In this document: piece after piece, positions 16,073 through 28,320 of the stretch | Position numbering within the stretch: position 1 is the stretch's first letter | How the letters are laid out: each line of letters opens with the position of its first letter | Source: Octopus sinensis | Lineage: Eukaryota | Reading direction: 5' to 3' | Assembly (NCBI RefSeq): GCF_006345805.1 | Contig: NC_043015.1 | Span: forward strand, 1,240,001 to 1,304,000 | Length of the DNA: 64,000 nucleotides | Notes under the pieces: model-generated | What the model was told of the DNA's origin: nothing | The model's input: only the letters and a program-made list of their open reading frames with translations | Database searches by the model: none | Position numbers and translations under genes: made by a program

Positions 16073-16728
16073 CAGTAGTTTTATTTTTATAGTGTGCTTT
16101 CACTTCATTACCGAGCGCAGGTCTGTGTGCCTTAGGTATGTACTGTGATTTGTTGTGATGCTCTGATGGTTATTGTATGGAAAGTGTTCTGCGTAGGATG
16201 TGTGCAGTGCCTAGTAGTGCAATTTTCTGTATGTTATATGTGTTTGTAAGTCCTGGTGTTTTTGATATGTATTTGTCTGAATATTTTTTTATCGTGCCTA
16301 ATGCACCTACTATGATAGGAATTGTTTCTGTTTTTAGATTCCACATTCTGGTTACCTCTATTTCCAGGTCTTTGTATTTTGAAAGATTCTCCATTTCTTT
16401 TAGAGAAAGTTGTCATCTGCTGGTATTGATACATCAATTAGAAAGCATTTTTTTCTTCATGGTCCCTGACAACTATATCTGGTCTGTTGGTCATAATTTC
16501 TCTATCTGTGTGTATCGGTATATCCCAGAGTATGGTTGCTTTCTCGTTTTCTGTAACCTTTTCTGGTGTGGGCCTATACCATCTTTTTTCTGTTGTTATT
16601 CCATAATGTTGGCATAGCTTCCAGTGTATGTAGGTTCCAACTCTGTCATGTCTGTGAATATATTCCTTCTTAACCAGGACTGGGCAGCCAGAGATAATAT
16701 TATTTATTGTTTCTTGTCCATCTCCACA

Positions 16729-16731
<3 letters not shown>
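16073..16731 (-). mobile_element. 5'-truncated RLE-type non-LTR retrotransposon, R4/Dong-like (family 1)
   Basis: Minus translation with one frameshift: ICGDGQETINNIISGCPVL (knuckle relic)...HDRVGTYIHWKLC...ILWD...NRPDIVV...LIDVSIP...KYKDLEIEV...IPIIVGALG...QKIALLGTAHILRR. This is the PD-(D/E)xK endonuclease C-terminus, with (TAA)n on both sides. Confidence 0.85.
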
Positions 16732-16777
<46 letters not shown>

Positions 16778-16866
16778 GATTGTTGTTATTGTTGATGTTA
16801 ATATTAGTAGTAGTCGCAGTAGCATCAGCAAAAGCATCATCATCAGCAGCAGCAGCAGGTGCAGCA

Positions 16867-16912
<46 letters not shown>

Positions 16913-17603
16913 TAGTAGTAGTAGGAGGAGGAGGAGGAGGATCAGCAACTGCAGTTATCATTTCCCGTATGCCACCGTAAAAGAAAAAAAAAATTGTGAT
17001 CCGAATTTATCATTTTGACCCATATTACTCTTTTTCCTCCATTTCATATTCATCTTTATGGCTTCTTTCTTCATTTATTTATTTATTTATTTATGCATAT
17101 TTCTTTTATTATTATTTTCGTTCTTTGTTTTATGTTTTACGGGAATGAACCCAATTCTCAAGTGATTACCCACCGACATCAATTTTTTTTTTCATTTTTT
17201 CTTTTTTTTTTTGGTTTTATTATTATTTATTCGCTTGCTCACTCACTTAATCAACCAATCGCTCGTTCGCTCGATTGGTTGATCGCTCGTTCGCTCGCTC
17301 GTTCGTTCGTTCGCTCGTATGTCGTAACGATTGCCATGATTAGTATTTTGATAAATGGCCGAAGAGAAAGCAGACATAATGGCAGAGAGAATATGAGCTG
17401 AACTGCTGTTCGTGTCAGCCGTGACACATTCACATGGGCCTCGTTAGTAAAGTTGCTAACTTAATGACGTTAGATGTGTCACTGTGATGAATGACGCTCG
17501 TTGTAACAATATTGTTAACACATTAGCTGTTGTAGCTACAATACTGATGACCACGACGATAATAATAATAATAATAATGATAATAATAATAATAATAATA
17601 ATA

Positions 17604-17642
<39 letters not shown>

Positions 17643-17689
17643 TAATAATAATAATAATAGTGGTGATGATAATAATGTTCCTTTCTAAT

Positions 17690-17820
17690 ATAGGCTCAAA
17701 GCCTGAAATTTTGGAAGAGGGGTCTAGTCGATTACACCGACCCCAGTGATTTACTGGTACTTACTTTATCGATCCCGAAAAGATAAAAGGCAGAATCGAT
17801 GTCGGCGGATTTTGAACCCA
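17690..17820 (-). mobile_element. SINE family A fragment
   Basis: Contains the CGACCCCAGT...ATCGATCCCGAAAAGAT...GGCGGATTTTGAACC family motif. Confidence 0.7.
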
Positions 17821-17864
17821 TTACTATTATTGCTAATAATAATTATTATTATTACTATTATTAA

Positions 17865-18164
17865 TGTCTTTGCACAGCTTTTAACGCTGGAGATGTACTA
17901 CGGTGTCAGCTGTTCACTGCCAGTGGACTACGGTAACACCTCTTATTGGTCGAGCACCATCCGGAGTGTTCGAGTGGTTCCAAGCCGTGTTGTTTCTGCA
18001 AATGCTCCACACTTATTGCAGCCCCTATTTGTTCCACGTACTTCTTGGAATTTTTCCTCACTGCTCCCATGGCTCCGACAATTATTGGTACTACTGATAC
18101 TTTGTTCATTGACCACAACTGCTTAACTTCCCAAGCTAACCTGTTATATCTTCTGACTTTCTTT
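17865..18164 (-). mobile_element. 3' fragment of a second R4/Dong-like RLE element (family 2)
   Basis: Minus translation KVRRYNRLAWEVKQLWSMNKVSVVPIIVGAMGAV...HLQK, then by frameshift TARLGTTRTLRMVL. Same C-terminal motif as 16073-16731 but a different nucleotide sequence; TAA-rich tracts on both sides. Confidence 0.8.
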
Positions 18165-18734
18165 TATTATTAATTATTATTATTATTATTATTTCAAATG
18201 TTGGCACAATGCCAACATGTATGGGGAAGGGGCTCTGTTGATTACATCGACCCTAACGTTCAGTTGGTAATTATACTATTACTATTACTACTACTACAGT
18301 TATGGCTGCTGCTCTACTACTACTAGTAATACTACTGCTGCTGCTATGAGTTTTACTACTATTACTACTACTACTACTACTACTACTGCTACTACTACTA
18401 CTACTAAAACTACTACTACAACTATTACTGCTTCTACTGCTACTACAACTATTACTACTGTTACACCTCCTACTGAAAAAAATCGTTCTGTTAATTTGGA
18501 TTGAGCGTCGTGGTTCCAAGCTATACACACAAACACAGTACAAAGTTGCATTGCAATGTATTCGAACCACTTTTAACGCGGGTATATCATAATTTATATG
18601 GGACCTTGCTGGAATCGTACGTGGAATCAAATTATCCAGCATTGATACAAAGTCGGGTGAATTTAGTCATCTTTTGAGGTGTAACTTTTTTTTGGACCCC
18701 CTTTCTTGTCTTCTTCACCGTCCATCACTTTCTT

Positions 18735-19280
18735 ATTTATTTACTGCCCACATTGGGCTACACAGAGAGGGGACAAACACTGGTACTTATTTAATCGACC
18801 CCGAAAGGATGAAAGGCAAAGTCGACCTCGCCGGAATTTGAACTCAGAACGTAACGGCAGACGAAATATCTATTTCTTTACTATCCACAAGGGGCTAAAC
18901 ACAGAAGAGACAAACAAGGACAGTCAGACGGATTAAGTCGATTATATCGACCCCAGTGCGTAACTGGTACTTATTTAATCGACTCCGAAAGGATGAAAGG
19001 CAAAGTCGACCCCGGCGGAATTTGAACTCAGAACATAACGGTAGACAAAATACCTATTTCTTTACTACCCACAAGGGGCTAAACACAAAGGGAAAAAAAA
19101 GGACAGACAAACGGATTAAGTCGATTATATCGACCCCAGTGCATAACTAGTACTTAATTTATCGACCCAGAAAGGATGAAAGAACAAACTCGACCTCGGC
19201 GGAATTTGAACTCAGAACGTAACGGCAGACGAAATACTACTAAGAATTTCGCCCGGCGTGCTAACGTTTCTGCCAGCTTA
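18735..19280 (-). mobile_element. Multimeric SINE family A copy (three ~180-bp units, one complete head)
   Basis: Three direct repeats of TTTACT.CCCAC...ACTGGTACTTA...GGAATTTGAACTCAGAAC; the A-box end (GGCGTGCTAACGTTTCTGCCAGC) occurs only once, at about 19255-19278. Confidence 0.85.
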
Positions 19281-20221
19281 AAGCCTTTATTGAGACAATA
19301 TATTAATTTAATTAGTTGTAGAAGAAATGTCTTCGCAGTAACGGGTTTGTCTATGGACTTCAAGGTTGTAGATCTATGGCGAGTATGTCCTAGTTCGATT
19401 CTGGGAAGAATTAAAAATTAGTACACCAATTCATTTCGTTTTGATTCGTCGCAATAGTACACACATAATTATTGGTGAGTATAAGTAACTACTGGAAAAA
19501 TGAGAAAGTGAAAACGGTAGAAGTAAAAGAAACTTTATGTTGAATATTGCAATATTTCTGATATAAAAGTAGCAGCGATGACAACGGTAAGAAGCGCAAT
19601 GGCATCGATATCAGCGATGCTTTCTAGAAGTGTTCTATCTCATTCGTTTCTAATAAAATGCAGTATCAATGCCTTATCGATGACATACTATTATCAGGAA
19701 CAATAGCAAAAATATCAACAAGAATAAAAACAAAAAAACAAAACACAAGTAGACAAGCAGCAGCATTAGGAATATCAACGACGTGAAAAAAAAAATAACA
19801 ATAATAACAGCAATAATTACAGCGGGAAAAACAGCGGCAGCAACTAGCCGCAAAGGAACCGCCCTTATCTGCATTTGCATCAAGACAGCATTAAGAGCAG
19901 CTAACGAAGTCATCTCGTTTCATGAACAGCTTACGCCCCAACGCCTCAACTCCCCGTCACCACAATGCATAAACCTAAAACGCCCCAACTCCAGTCTGTT
20001 CGTTTGTGCTCTCTTTCGTGCGATCTTCATTCCCTTCAATTCCCCAGACGTTCATTTATATTTTATTTCTGTTTTTTTAATTTTTTTTGTTTTTGTTTTT
20101 TTCAGGCTGCCATCTAAGATGGCGTTTGCTTCCAATTCTTCTGCTTCTGCAAAACAAGATTTCCCGCCTTCCGATCGAATGATAATCTTTCGGTCTCACT
20201 CTACTCTCGTCCCCTCTTTCT

Positions 20222-20590
20222 CTCTATAGATCATTCTCTTTCTCTCTCTCTCTCTTTCTCTCTCACACGCTCTCTCTTTCTCTGTAGATCATTTTCACTC
20301 ACTCTCTCTTTCTCACGCTCTCTCTCTTTCTCTGTAGATAATTTTCACTCACTCTCTCTCTCTCTCACGCTCTCTCTCTTTCTCTGTAGATAATTTTCAC
20401 TCACTCTCTCTCTCTCTCACGCTCTCTCTCTTTCTCTGTAGATAATTTTCACTCACTCTCTCTCTCTCACGCTCTCTCTCTTTCTCTGTAGATCATTTTC
20501 ACTCTCTCTCTCTCTCTCACGCTCTCTCTCTTTCTCTGTAGATCATTTTCACTCACTCACTCACTCTCTCTCTCTCTTTCACAGTTTCTC
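20222..20590. repeat. Minisatellite, ~51-bp unit, about 7 copies
   Basis: CTCTGTAGAT(C/A)ATTTTCACTCACTCTCTCTC...CACGCTCTCTC unit; TAGAT anchors at about 20227, 20285, 20335, 20387, 20439, 20489 and 20539. Confidence 0.9.
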
Positions 20591-22149
20591 TCTTTACCTT
20601 CTTTGCAATTAAACAATATAACAATACATAAATATTGAAAAAATAACAAAATAAAAGGAAAGAAATGTACTACAAACATAGTTGAAAGCAAATAATCAGC
20701 AGCAATATCTTCATAAATTTTCCTCACTTCATTTCACTTTGAACATGGCTACCAATGGCTACAACCGACAGTTCTATATCCAATATGGCGTTTGTATCAT
20801 CCCAGTCATCAGATAAATACTTTATGACCGAATCGCCTTTTCGATGATTTACTTGATGTTAATCACTAGTCCATCGTTAATCAATTAAACATGACCAAAG
20901 TCATTTAATCTCTGACCATCTTGCCTATATTTTTAAACGCAATATTGCTGGGACCCTCATATCTTTTCAAAGGGTTTAGGAAGTAATACGGTATACATTT
21001 TGCTGGATTATCTAAGCAAGTCCAGCGATCAATTTGGTTAAAAGATACCAACATCTTGGATGGAGATATTTTCTTCGTAATATGCTACTTAAGAAGTATT
21101 TAAAGCATGATATTATAAGAAGGAATTTCAATCTCCACACTCGGTATATCTTAAAGCAGAAGAGACAAGAAATAGAAGGATTTGCTGATTCTGATGTAAT
21201 AGCATAATAACACAGTGATAAGTACATACTAGCTCAAGAAAAAAAAATATTTGTAAATATTTTAAGAAGTTAACTCCAGACATGTTTCGATTTTATGAAA
21301 CCTCCTCTTGAAAACACATTTATTTGAAATTACTGAGGTCATGCCCAGCAGTCATTACTTAACAATATAGGATTTGATTTGGTGTGTAGCGACACATAAG
21401 CATATTTCTGAGTTCTAATTCCACCAAAGACAACTTTGCTTAACCGGGTCGATAAAATGTGTCGACATCACCAACCTTGTTCAAAAATTTGAAAGTAATA
21501 CAATGTTTCTGCCCCCCTAATATTTTCAAGAAGCTTGAGCCAGGCATTCATTTACCGGGTGGCAAATTAAGATCACTAGAATATCATGAGTGCTACACAA
21601 CCTTATAACAATTCAAGCGAATCTTGATGGTTATCTTACTGAACCCGTTTCGACAAAGCATCAGTTGATTCCTGGAATTATTTCAAATGATAACCGAATC
21701 GGCTGTAGCAAAATATTAAATAGAAAATTTGTTCCATTCCTCAGTGATTTCGCCATTCATCTTTGTAAATTCTACTTCAACATAGGATTGGCTAACTTCA
21801 ATATTTCGTTTAGAAAAAAAAAGATAGAGCTTGTTTTAAAATGCCGGGTATGCAGAATAGACTCAACTACTTCAAGAGAAAAAGGTTAGCGATCTAAATA
21901 ACGGCTCGAACTTTACTCCAGTGTTTCCCCACCGTACACTCTAGACACATTAACCACGAGTATATTAAGGTTAATAACGAGCTGCTACATCAGTTATTCT
22001 ATGTGTAAATGGAAAACATTTCATAGATCCAGACAAAAGAGATTTATAAAAGCAAAACCCATCCCTATAAGAAGACATATTCCGACAGGACTGGCCTCAC
22101 TCCACTCCTTGTTTTATCTGGTGCTGACACTTTACAGATACAAATGCTA

Positions 22150-22470
22150 TGGGGTGATTATCATCCATGTCTTGTACATGAATGACCTTAAGCTGTATGA
22201 TGCAAATGGCAACCAAATATATATACACTGTTAGATCCTGTGAAACGGGATGCTGTAGGGAAATTGGCATGAAATGCGATTTTTCGAAAATGCATGCAAG
22301 GTAACCTTTAAAGAGAAAATTAATAAAACTAATAAATATATTGGAGCAACTAAAATTGTTGATAGAATTACACTAAATCCGGATTTACAAATATCTGGGA
22401 ATTAACGAAATAGACACAATTGCGATAAACGATCGGAAATTGCTAGGATGCGGGTGCATTAAATATGTCA
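22150..22470 (+). pseudogene. Degenerate reverse-transcriptase fragment, R4/Dong-like
   Basis: HVLYMNDLKLY (cf. HLLYMDDLKLY), followed across frameshifts by IGM-C-F-K-C, KR-K and YKYLGI relics. Confidence 0.65.
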
Positions 22471-22594
22471 GATTAAAATTATCGAAAATAATGATAAATA
22501 AACTGAACACACACACACACATACACACATAAAAATATGTAAAATGCTATCTATATATCGGGAACATCCTATTTAGTAGGAAATTAGTAATTAT

Positions 22595-22654
22595 TCATTA
22601 TTATTATTATTATTACTATTATCATTATTATTATTATTGTTGTTGTTGTTGTTG

Positions 22655-22688
<34 letters not shown>

Positions 22689-22717
22689 CATTATTGTTAT
22701 TATTATTTTTATCATCA

Positions 22718-22748
<31 letters not shown>

Positions 22749-22756
22749 TATTATTA

Positions 22757-22835
<79 letters not shown>

Positions 22836-22954
22836 ATTATAATTATTATTATATTATTATTATTATTATTGTTATTATTACTATATTATTATTATATTAT
22901 TATTATTATTATCATTATAATAATAATAATTATTATTATTATTGTTATTATTAC

Positions 22955-22986
<32 letters not shown>

Positions 22987-23053
22987 TATTATTATCATTA
23001 TAATTATTATTATTATTATTATTATTATTGTTATTATTATTTTATTATTATTA

Positions 23054-23131
<78 letters not shown>
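22595..23131. repeat. (TTA)n microsatellite field
   Basis: Visible directly. Confidence 0.95.
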
Positions 23132-23421
23132 TTGGATTGGAAGCTTCTTAGCAAATTAATTCGGTTACAAATAGGATATAAAACCTAAAATCAAACCTGT
23201 AAATGCTATTTTTACTTCGAGGTGTTCTACACAATCCAAAGCATTAGAAACTCAGTAATCCAGGATTATAAATTTACGCAGTAAATTATGAAGACGAAAT
23301 AATATAAATCATAGCAAAAGTGTTGCACATTTTTTAAATCTTCAGCGAACCAAGAAATGTATAAATCATAATTTGGAAGTTTCCAACAGCTCTTTGGATG
23401 AAGTAGAGTAGAACAATAAAT

Positions 23422-23547
23422 ATTCTTTTCTACTCTAAGCACAAGGCCCGACATTAGCTCGACCTCAGTACGGAACTGGTACTTAATTTATCGACCCCGA
23501 AATGATGAAAAGCAAAGTCGACCTCGGCGAAATTTGAACTCAGAACT
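23422..23547 (-). mobile_element. SINE family A fragment
   Basis: CTACTCTAAGCACAAGGCCCG...GTCGACCTCGGCGAAATTTGAACTCAGAAC. Confidence 0.75.
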
Positions 23548-24241
23548 GTATATATAAAAGGCAGGATGTGTGTGTGTGTAATTGAATATAATTTATGCAC
23601 GTCCACAAATTAGCACTCATGTCGCTCAAATTTTAGGAGGACATTCGTTATGACGCTACCAGTAATATCGTCAACTTATTTTTACCACTGGAACCAGCAA
23701 ATAGCAGTAAAAATAAATTTACATCTAAAAAATTTTAACAATTTTCAAATCGGAGAAATCACCATTGATTGCAAACAGAAGGTAAGTCCTGTTCTAGCGA
23801 CGAGTAAGTTTCTGCTAAGACTCTTGTTGTTTTTATTTTCTATCGAGGAAAAAAGTATTTTCTTGATATATGGGCAAACCACATGCACACACGAACATGT
23901 ATGCGTACAAAAAACATGTAGGTTTATATATATATAAACCAATTTCAACAGATTTCGACCAAATTTGACGTCCATGTTACTTAGTTTGGTTTCAAATGAA
24001 GAACTTGATTAGCTCAATAATATTGAATAGTCTGTATATATGTAAATGTTAATAATTAAAAAGGCATATTGAAACCGAAAGAAATATGTGAAAACCTATA
24101 TATTAACAATATGTATATAAACGAACACGCCTACTCAAACACATACATGCATGTATGCGTACACAGAGATGTAGAAACACACACACACACACATATATAT
24201 ATATATTATATATATATATATATATATAATATATATATATA

Positions 24242-27168
24242 AATCCTTAAATCCTTAAAAATGTTTTAGCCCGAAGGCCGCGGCCATGCTGGGGCACCAC
24301 CGCTGAATGAGCTACACTAGTTTGTGAATCCACCTCTGATACGTGGCACTTGATCAACAAGGGAGTTCGATGCTGCTGCCCGCATCCGTGTCTCCTGTCG
24401 TGAGGTAGGTTCATCTGGGACTCCCACAAGAAGAGATCCAGTTTAGTTTTAAAGAAACCCACATCCACACCATATAAGTCTCTCAGGCATTTAGGGAGTA
24501 TGTTAAAGAGCTGTGGTCCTCTGAAACCCAAGCTGTTGCAGTATCTGGACCTGTATTTTGATGGTGAAGTTGGAATCCTTGGCACCACGCAGCGGCGCCC
24601 CGTTCTGCGGTTGGAGTAACTTTGAATGCCAAAGTTTGGACAAGACCCTCCAGGATTTTCCAGATGTATATCACTGCATATCTCTCCCGCCTCCGCTCCA
24701 GGGAGAAGAGGTTTAATACCTTCAGTCTTTCCCAGTAGCTGACATTTTGCATTGAGACGATTTTCTTTGTGTAGCTTCTCTGAGTTGCTTCGAGTTCTGC
24801 TGTTTGTTTTATATTGTGTGGTGACCAAAGTTGGGAGCAGTAGTCCAAGCGGCTGAGGACAAATGTTTTCCATAGGACCATCAGTGTCTCCTTCTCTCTT
24901 GTTCTGAAAGTTCGGAGAATCCATCCAGCTAGCCGTCTGCATTTTATCACCAGATTAGCAATATGCATTTGGAAAGATGCATCATTGCTCATGTCAATGC
25001 CCAGGTCACGCACTGATTTTGACTCAGGGATTGCAATTCTTCCTGGGCCAGTGTATCCAGTCTTCACGTCATTTACCTTTGTGTGCCAGTAGCGCAGGGC
25101 CTGGAACTTACCTGCATTAAACTGCATGTTGTTGTCCTCAGCCCACCTGTATATTGTGTCCAGCTGATGTTGTAGATGCGCAATATTTTCAGGGTTTTGT
25201 ATTGCGTGGGAGACTTTTGTGTCATTTGCATAGCTAGCAAGGGTGGTCATCGTAGCAACTGAAGGCATGTCTGAAAGGGCCACTATGAACATCAGTGGCC
25301 CCAAGACAGTGCCCTGTGGGACACCGCTTGTTATTTGCGTTTCCCTGGACGTGGCTCCATTGCTCACAACTGCCTGTTTTCTGTCTTTTAGGAAGTTGTG
25401 CAGCCACTCTCCAAGTTTCCCGCCTATGCCGAGACCACGCAGTTTGTGACAGATCATACCATGGTCGACTTTATCAAAGGCTTTTGCAAAGTCAAGATAT
25501 ATTACATCCACATTTGAGCCATTTAGTAGCTGTTTCAACACCCAGTCATAGTGTTGCAGGAGCTGTGTTAGGCAGCCTCTACCTGGTCGAAATCCATGCT
25601 GGGTGTCAGACAGTAAGTCATTTTCTTCAAGGAACATGATTAGTTTCTTACGGACTATTCGTTCCATGACTTTGCTGATGTGTGAGGTCAGAGAGATAGG
25701 CCTATAATTTTTAGCATCTGCTCTGCTACCTCCCTTATGGATAGGGCATATTACCCCCTCTTTCAGTTTGACTGGGAGCTTACCACTTGCAAGAAAGCTC
25801 TGAAAAAGAAGCTGTAGCGGTTTTGCAAGGGCTCGTTTGCACGATTTGAGAAGGATCGCTGGGAATCCATCAGGTCCAGCAGCTGAGTTTGTGTCAATCT
25901 CATCAATGGCTAGTGTGATATCATCTTCTTCGATGTTGATGTACTCAATTTTTGTCTCTTTGGTCGCTGGTAAAGTGGCAAAGAATTCTTCTGGGTTGTT
26001 TACTTGCCTGTGTCCTAGAGGTGTAGTGAACACACTTTGGAACTGTTCATTCAGTATTTCACTTATCCTCGTGGGATTTCCTGTGAGAGAGCCATCTTTT
26101 TGGAAGAGAGGTCCTATTCTCTGGTGCACTGTGGCTGTCTCTTTGGCAAACTTAAAGAAAGCTTTAGGGTTTGATTTTATATTTTCTATTACCCAAGCTT
26201 CTTTATCTGCTCTCTCCTTTTCATGGGACTGATGTAGACTTTTCTCAGTTTCCATTAGCATTCTTTCGAGCCGAGACTTCTCACCACTTTTGGTGTGCTT
26301 GCTCAGGCGGTTTGCAATCCTTGTCCGTCGTCTCATAAGAATCCTCCTTTCTCTAGGGATCCTGTTTTTGTTCTTGTGTGTGCTGGCCCTGCACATTGGG
26401 ACATATTTGTCACATATGGCTTGTATTATGGACATGAAGTGTTTGTGTTTCATGTTTATGTCCGGTGTGGAGAGACATTCAGGCCAATCCTGTTTGAGGA
26501 TCTCTTTCTCAATCGACTTCCAGTTGGCTTTATGAAAGTTTAAGTTGGAGAGATGGTGGGTGCTTCGTATAGGCTGTGTGTCTGCGGGGGCTTTTGTTCC
26601 ATACATAGACAGCTCTATTATGTTGTGATCCGAGATCATTGTCGGCATCACATTAACATTATGGATAATATCCATATTGTTTGTAAAGCAGAGATCCAGT
26701 ATATTATCTGCCCTTGTTGGTTGCAGAACTATTTGCTCCATGAAAGAGGTATTTGTGAGATGGAGCAGGGACTCCACCTGTGCCTGCTGATGGTGTGTCA
26801 TCCTGGGAGCATCTGCCCCCCAGGCCATTCCACATTGGGGAGGTTAAAGTCACCCATGAAGAATACACTGTTGTGCTGTTCAAGGTTGGTGAGGACTCCT
26901 CCTATTTTTGTTAGGCAGTCTTCAAACATGCCTGAGTGTTTTGGGGCGTCTGGTGGGCGATATGTAGTGCATATGACGATATTCAGTTGTCTTATGTGTA
27001 CAATTTGAGTTTCACATACTGAGTTTGAATATGACAGCAGGACCTGGGGCGTGAGGTCATCTCGGATGTACATTGCAACTCCACCATGGCTCCTCCCTTT
27101 TCTATCTGTGCGTATGACTGCATATTGCGGCATGTGTATTTCTGCATCACCTATATCGGGTTCAAGAT
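24242..27168 (-). mobile_element. 5'-truncated CR1/L2-group LINE (APE + RT ORF2), inactive
   Basis: APE motifs GGVAMY, YRPP, GDFNLP, PTR-NILDL; RT motifs YRPISLTS, QHGFRPGR, YLDFAKAFDKVDH, GVPQGTVLGP, YANDT. Frameshifts near 26810, 24690 and 24425; restored C-terminus VPDEP...AAASNSLVDQ with stop at 24317-24319; 3' tail (AAGGATTT)2; (TA)n on both sides. Confidence 0.93.
24483..26828 (-). pseudogene. Longest uninterrupted segment of LINE ORF2 (781 aa in track; RT domain)
   Basis: Given ORF. It is bounded by frameshifts and its catalytic YADD reads YAND, so it is not an intact gene. Confidence 0.9.
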
Positions 27169-27186
27169 ATATATATATATATATAT

Positions 27187-27351
27187 GGCGCAACAGTTCC
27201 TGTGTGGTAAGTACCATGCTTACCAATCATATGCTTCCAGCTTCAGTCCAACTGTGTGCCACCTTGAGCAAGTGTCTTCTACTATAGCCTCGGGCAAACC
27301 AAAGCCTTGTGAATGGATTTGCTAGACGGAAACTGAAAGAAGACCGTCGTA
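27187..27351 (+). mobile_element. SINE family B 5' half
   Basis: GGCGC...TGTGTGGTAAG...CTTACCAATCATATG...CACCTTGAGCAAGTGTCTTCTACTATAGCCTCGG...GAAACTGAAAGAAG. Confidence 0.85.
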
Positions 27352-27534
27352 TCTGTATGTATGCATGTGATATACATATATGTTTGTGTGTATGGAGGCG
27401 GTGATGGTTGTGTGTATGTGTTTTTGTGTGTATACGCAATCACAATTGTGAATTTACATATACGCCACCCCCGCACAATCGCATACACTCACATACGCAC
27501 TCGCCCACTCGTATACACACGCACACACAGACAA

Positions 27535-27572
<38 letters not shown>

Positions 27573-27577
27573 TATAT

Positions 27578-27638
<61 letters not shown>

Positions 27639-27738
27639 TGAGGGAGATAAATTAATATTAATTTTAATATCAATTTAAAACCAGTAGTCCAGCATTCAAA
27701 AACCTGAGGAGTCAGAGAAAATTCAAATATATGTGTAT

Positions 27739-28237
27739 ATTGGCAGGGCTGGCCTGCTAGGTAGCCGGCCAGAATGCTAGAAAAAGATCATCAACGATCA
27801 AACTACAAGGGAAATTCTCTAGAGGAAGAATTCAGCGAACACCAGAACCAAATTTGGCGGGCAGGACATATGAAAAATTAAATCAGCGCGCCAGAGCCAA
27901 GACATTTGAAATTTTATTCCCGATGTAATCAGTAAGACTAAGCACGTGTCTGTCTTGACACAGAGAGCTGGGGTTAGTCTTGCAGTTTGCATCTCGAGGA
28001 CCGAATGTACTGAAGAAGTCACGGACACTTGAATTATGCAAGTAATTCTTTTGTTAAGACCGAAACCGAGGTATGCATTTAAGTCTGTTTTTTATTTAAT
28101 TTTTCATATGTCCTGCCCGCCAATTTGGTTCTGGTGTTCGCTGAATTCTTCCTCTAGAGAATTTCCCTTGTAGTTTGATCGTTGATGATCTTTTTCTAGC
28201 ATTCTGGCCGGCTACCTAGCAGGCCAGCCCTGCCAAT
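27739..28237 (+). mobile_element. Non-coding fold-back element (145-bp inverted arms) containing a hammerhead motif; Penelope-like/retrozyme-like
   Basis: Arms 27739-27883 and 28094-28237 are reverse complements with about one indel; 210-bp spacer; flanked by TA/CA microsatellite. Confidence 0.85.
28004..28079 (+). ncRNA. Type I hammerhead ribozyme motif
   Basis: Stem I AATGTA/TGCATT; core CTGAAGA (28010-28016); stem II AGTC/GACC with an inner GAATTAT-GCAA-GTAATTC hairpin; GAAA; stem III AC-CGAG-GT; GTA triplet with predicted cleavage after 28073. Confidence 0.75.
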
Positions 28238-28239
28238 GT

Positions 28240-28320
<81 letters not shown>

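Noticed and set aside
21274-21315. Minus-strand GA-GGTTT-CATA-AAATC-GAAAC-AT-GTC relic
   Set aside because: Stems II and III are plausible, but the CUGA core is destroyed. At best a dead relic.
21590-21889. 99-aa ORF of balanced composition
   Set aside because: It starts at a non-ATG codon, has no recognisable motif, and no splice context supports it.
27739-28237. Classification as a Tc1/mariner MITE with TA TSD
   Set aside because: The TA dinucleotides are explained by the flanking microsatellite, and the internal hammerhead and parallel architecture of two other elements fit better. Not fully excluded.
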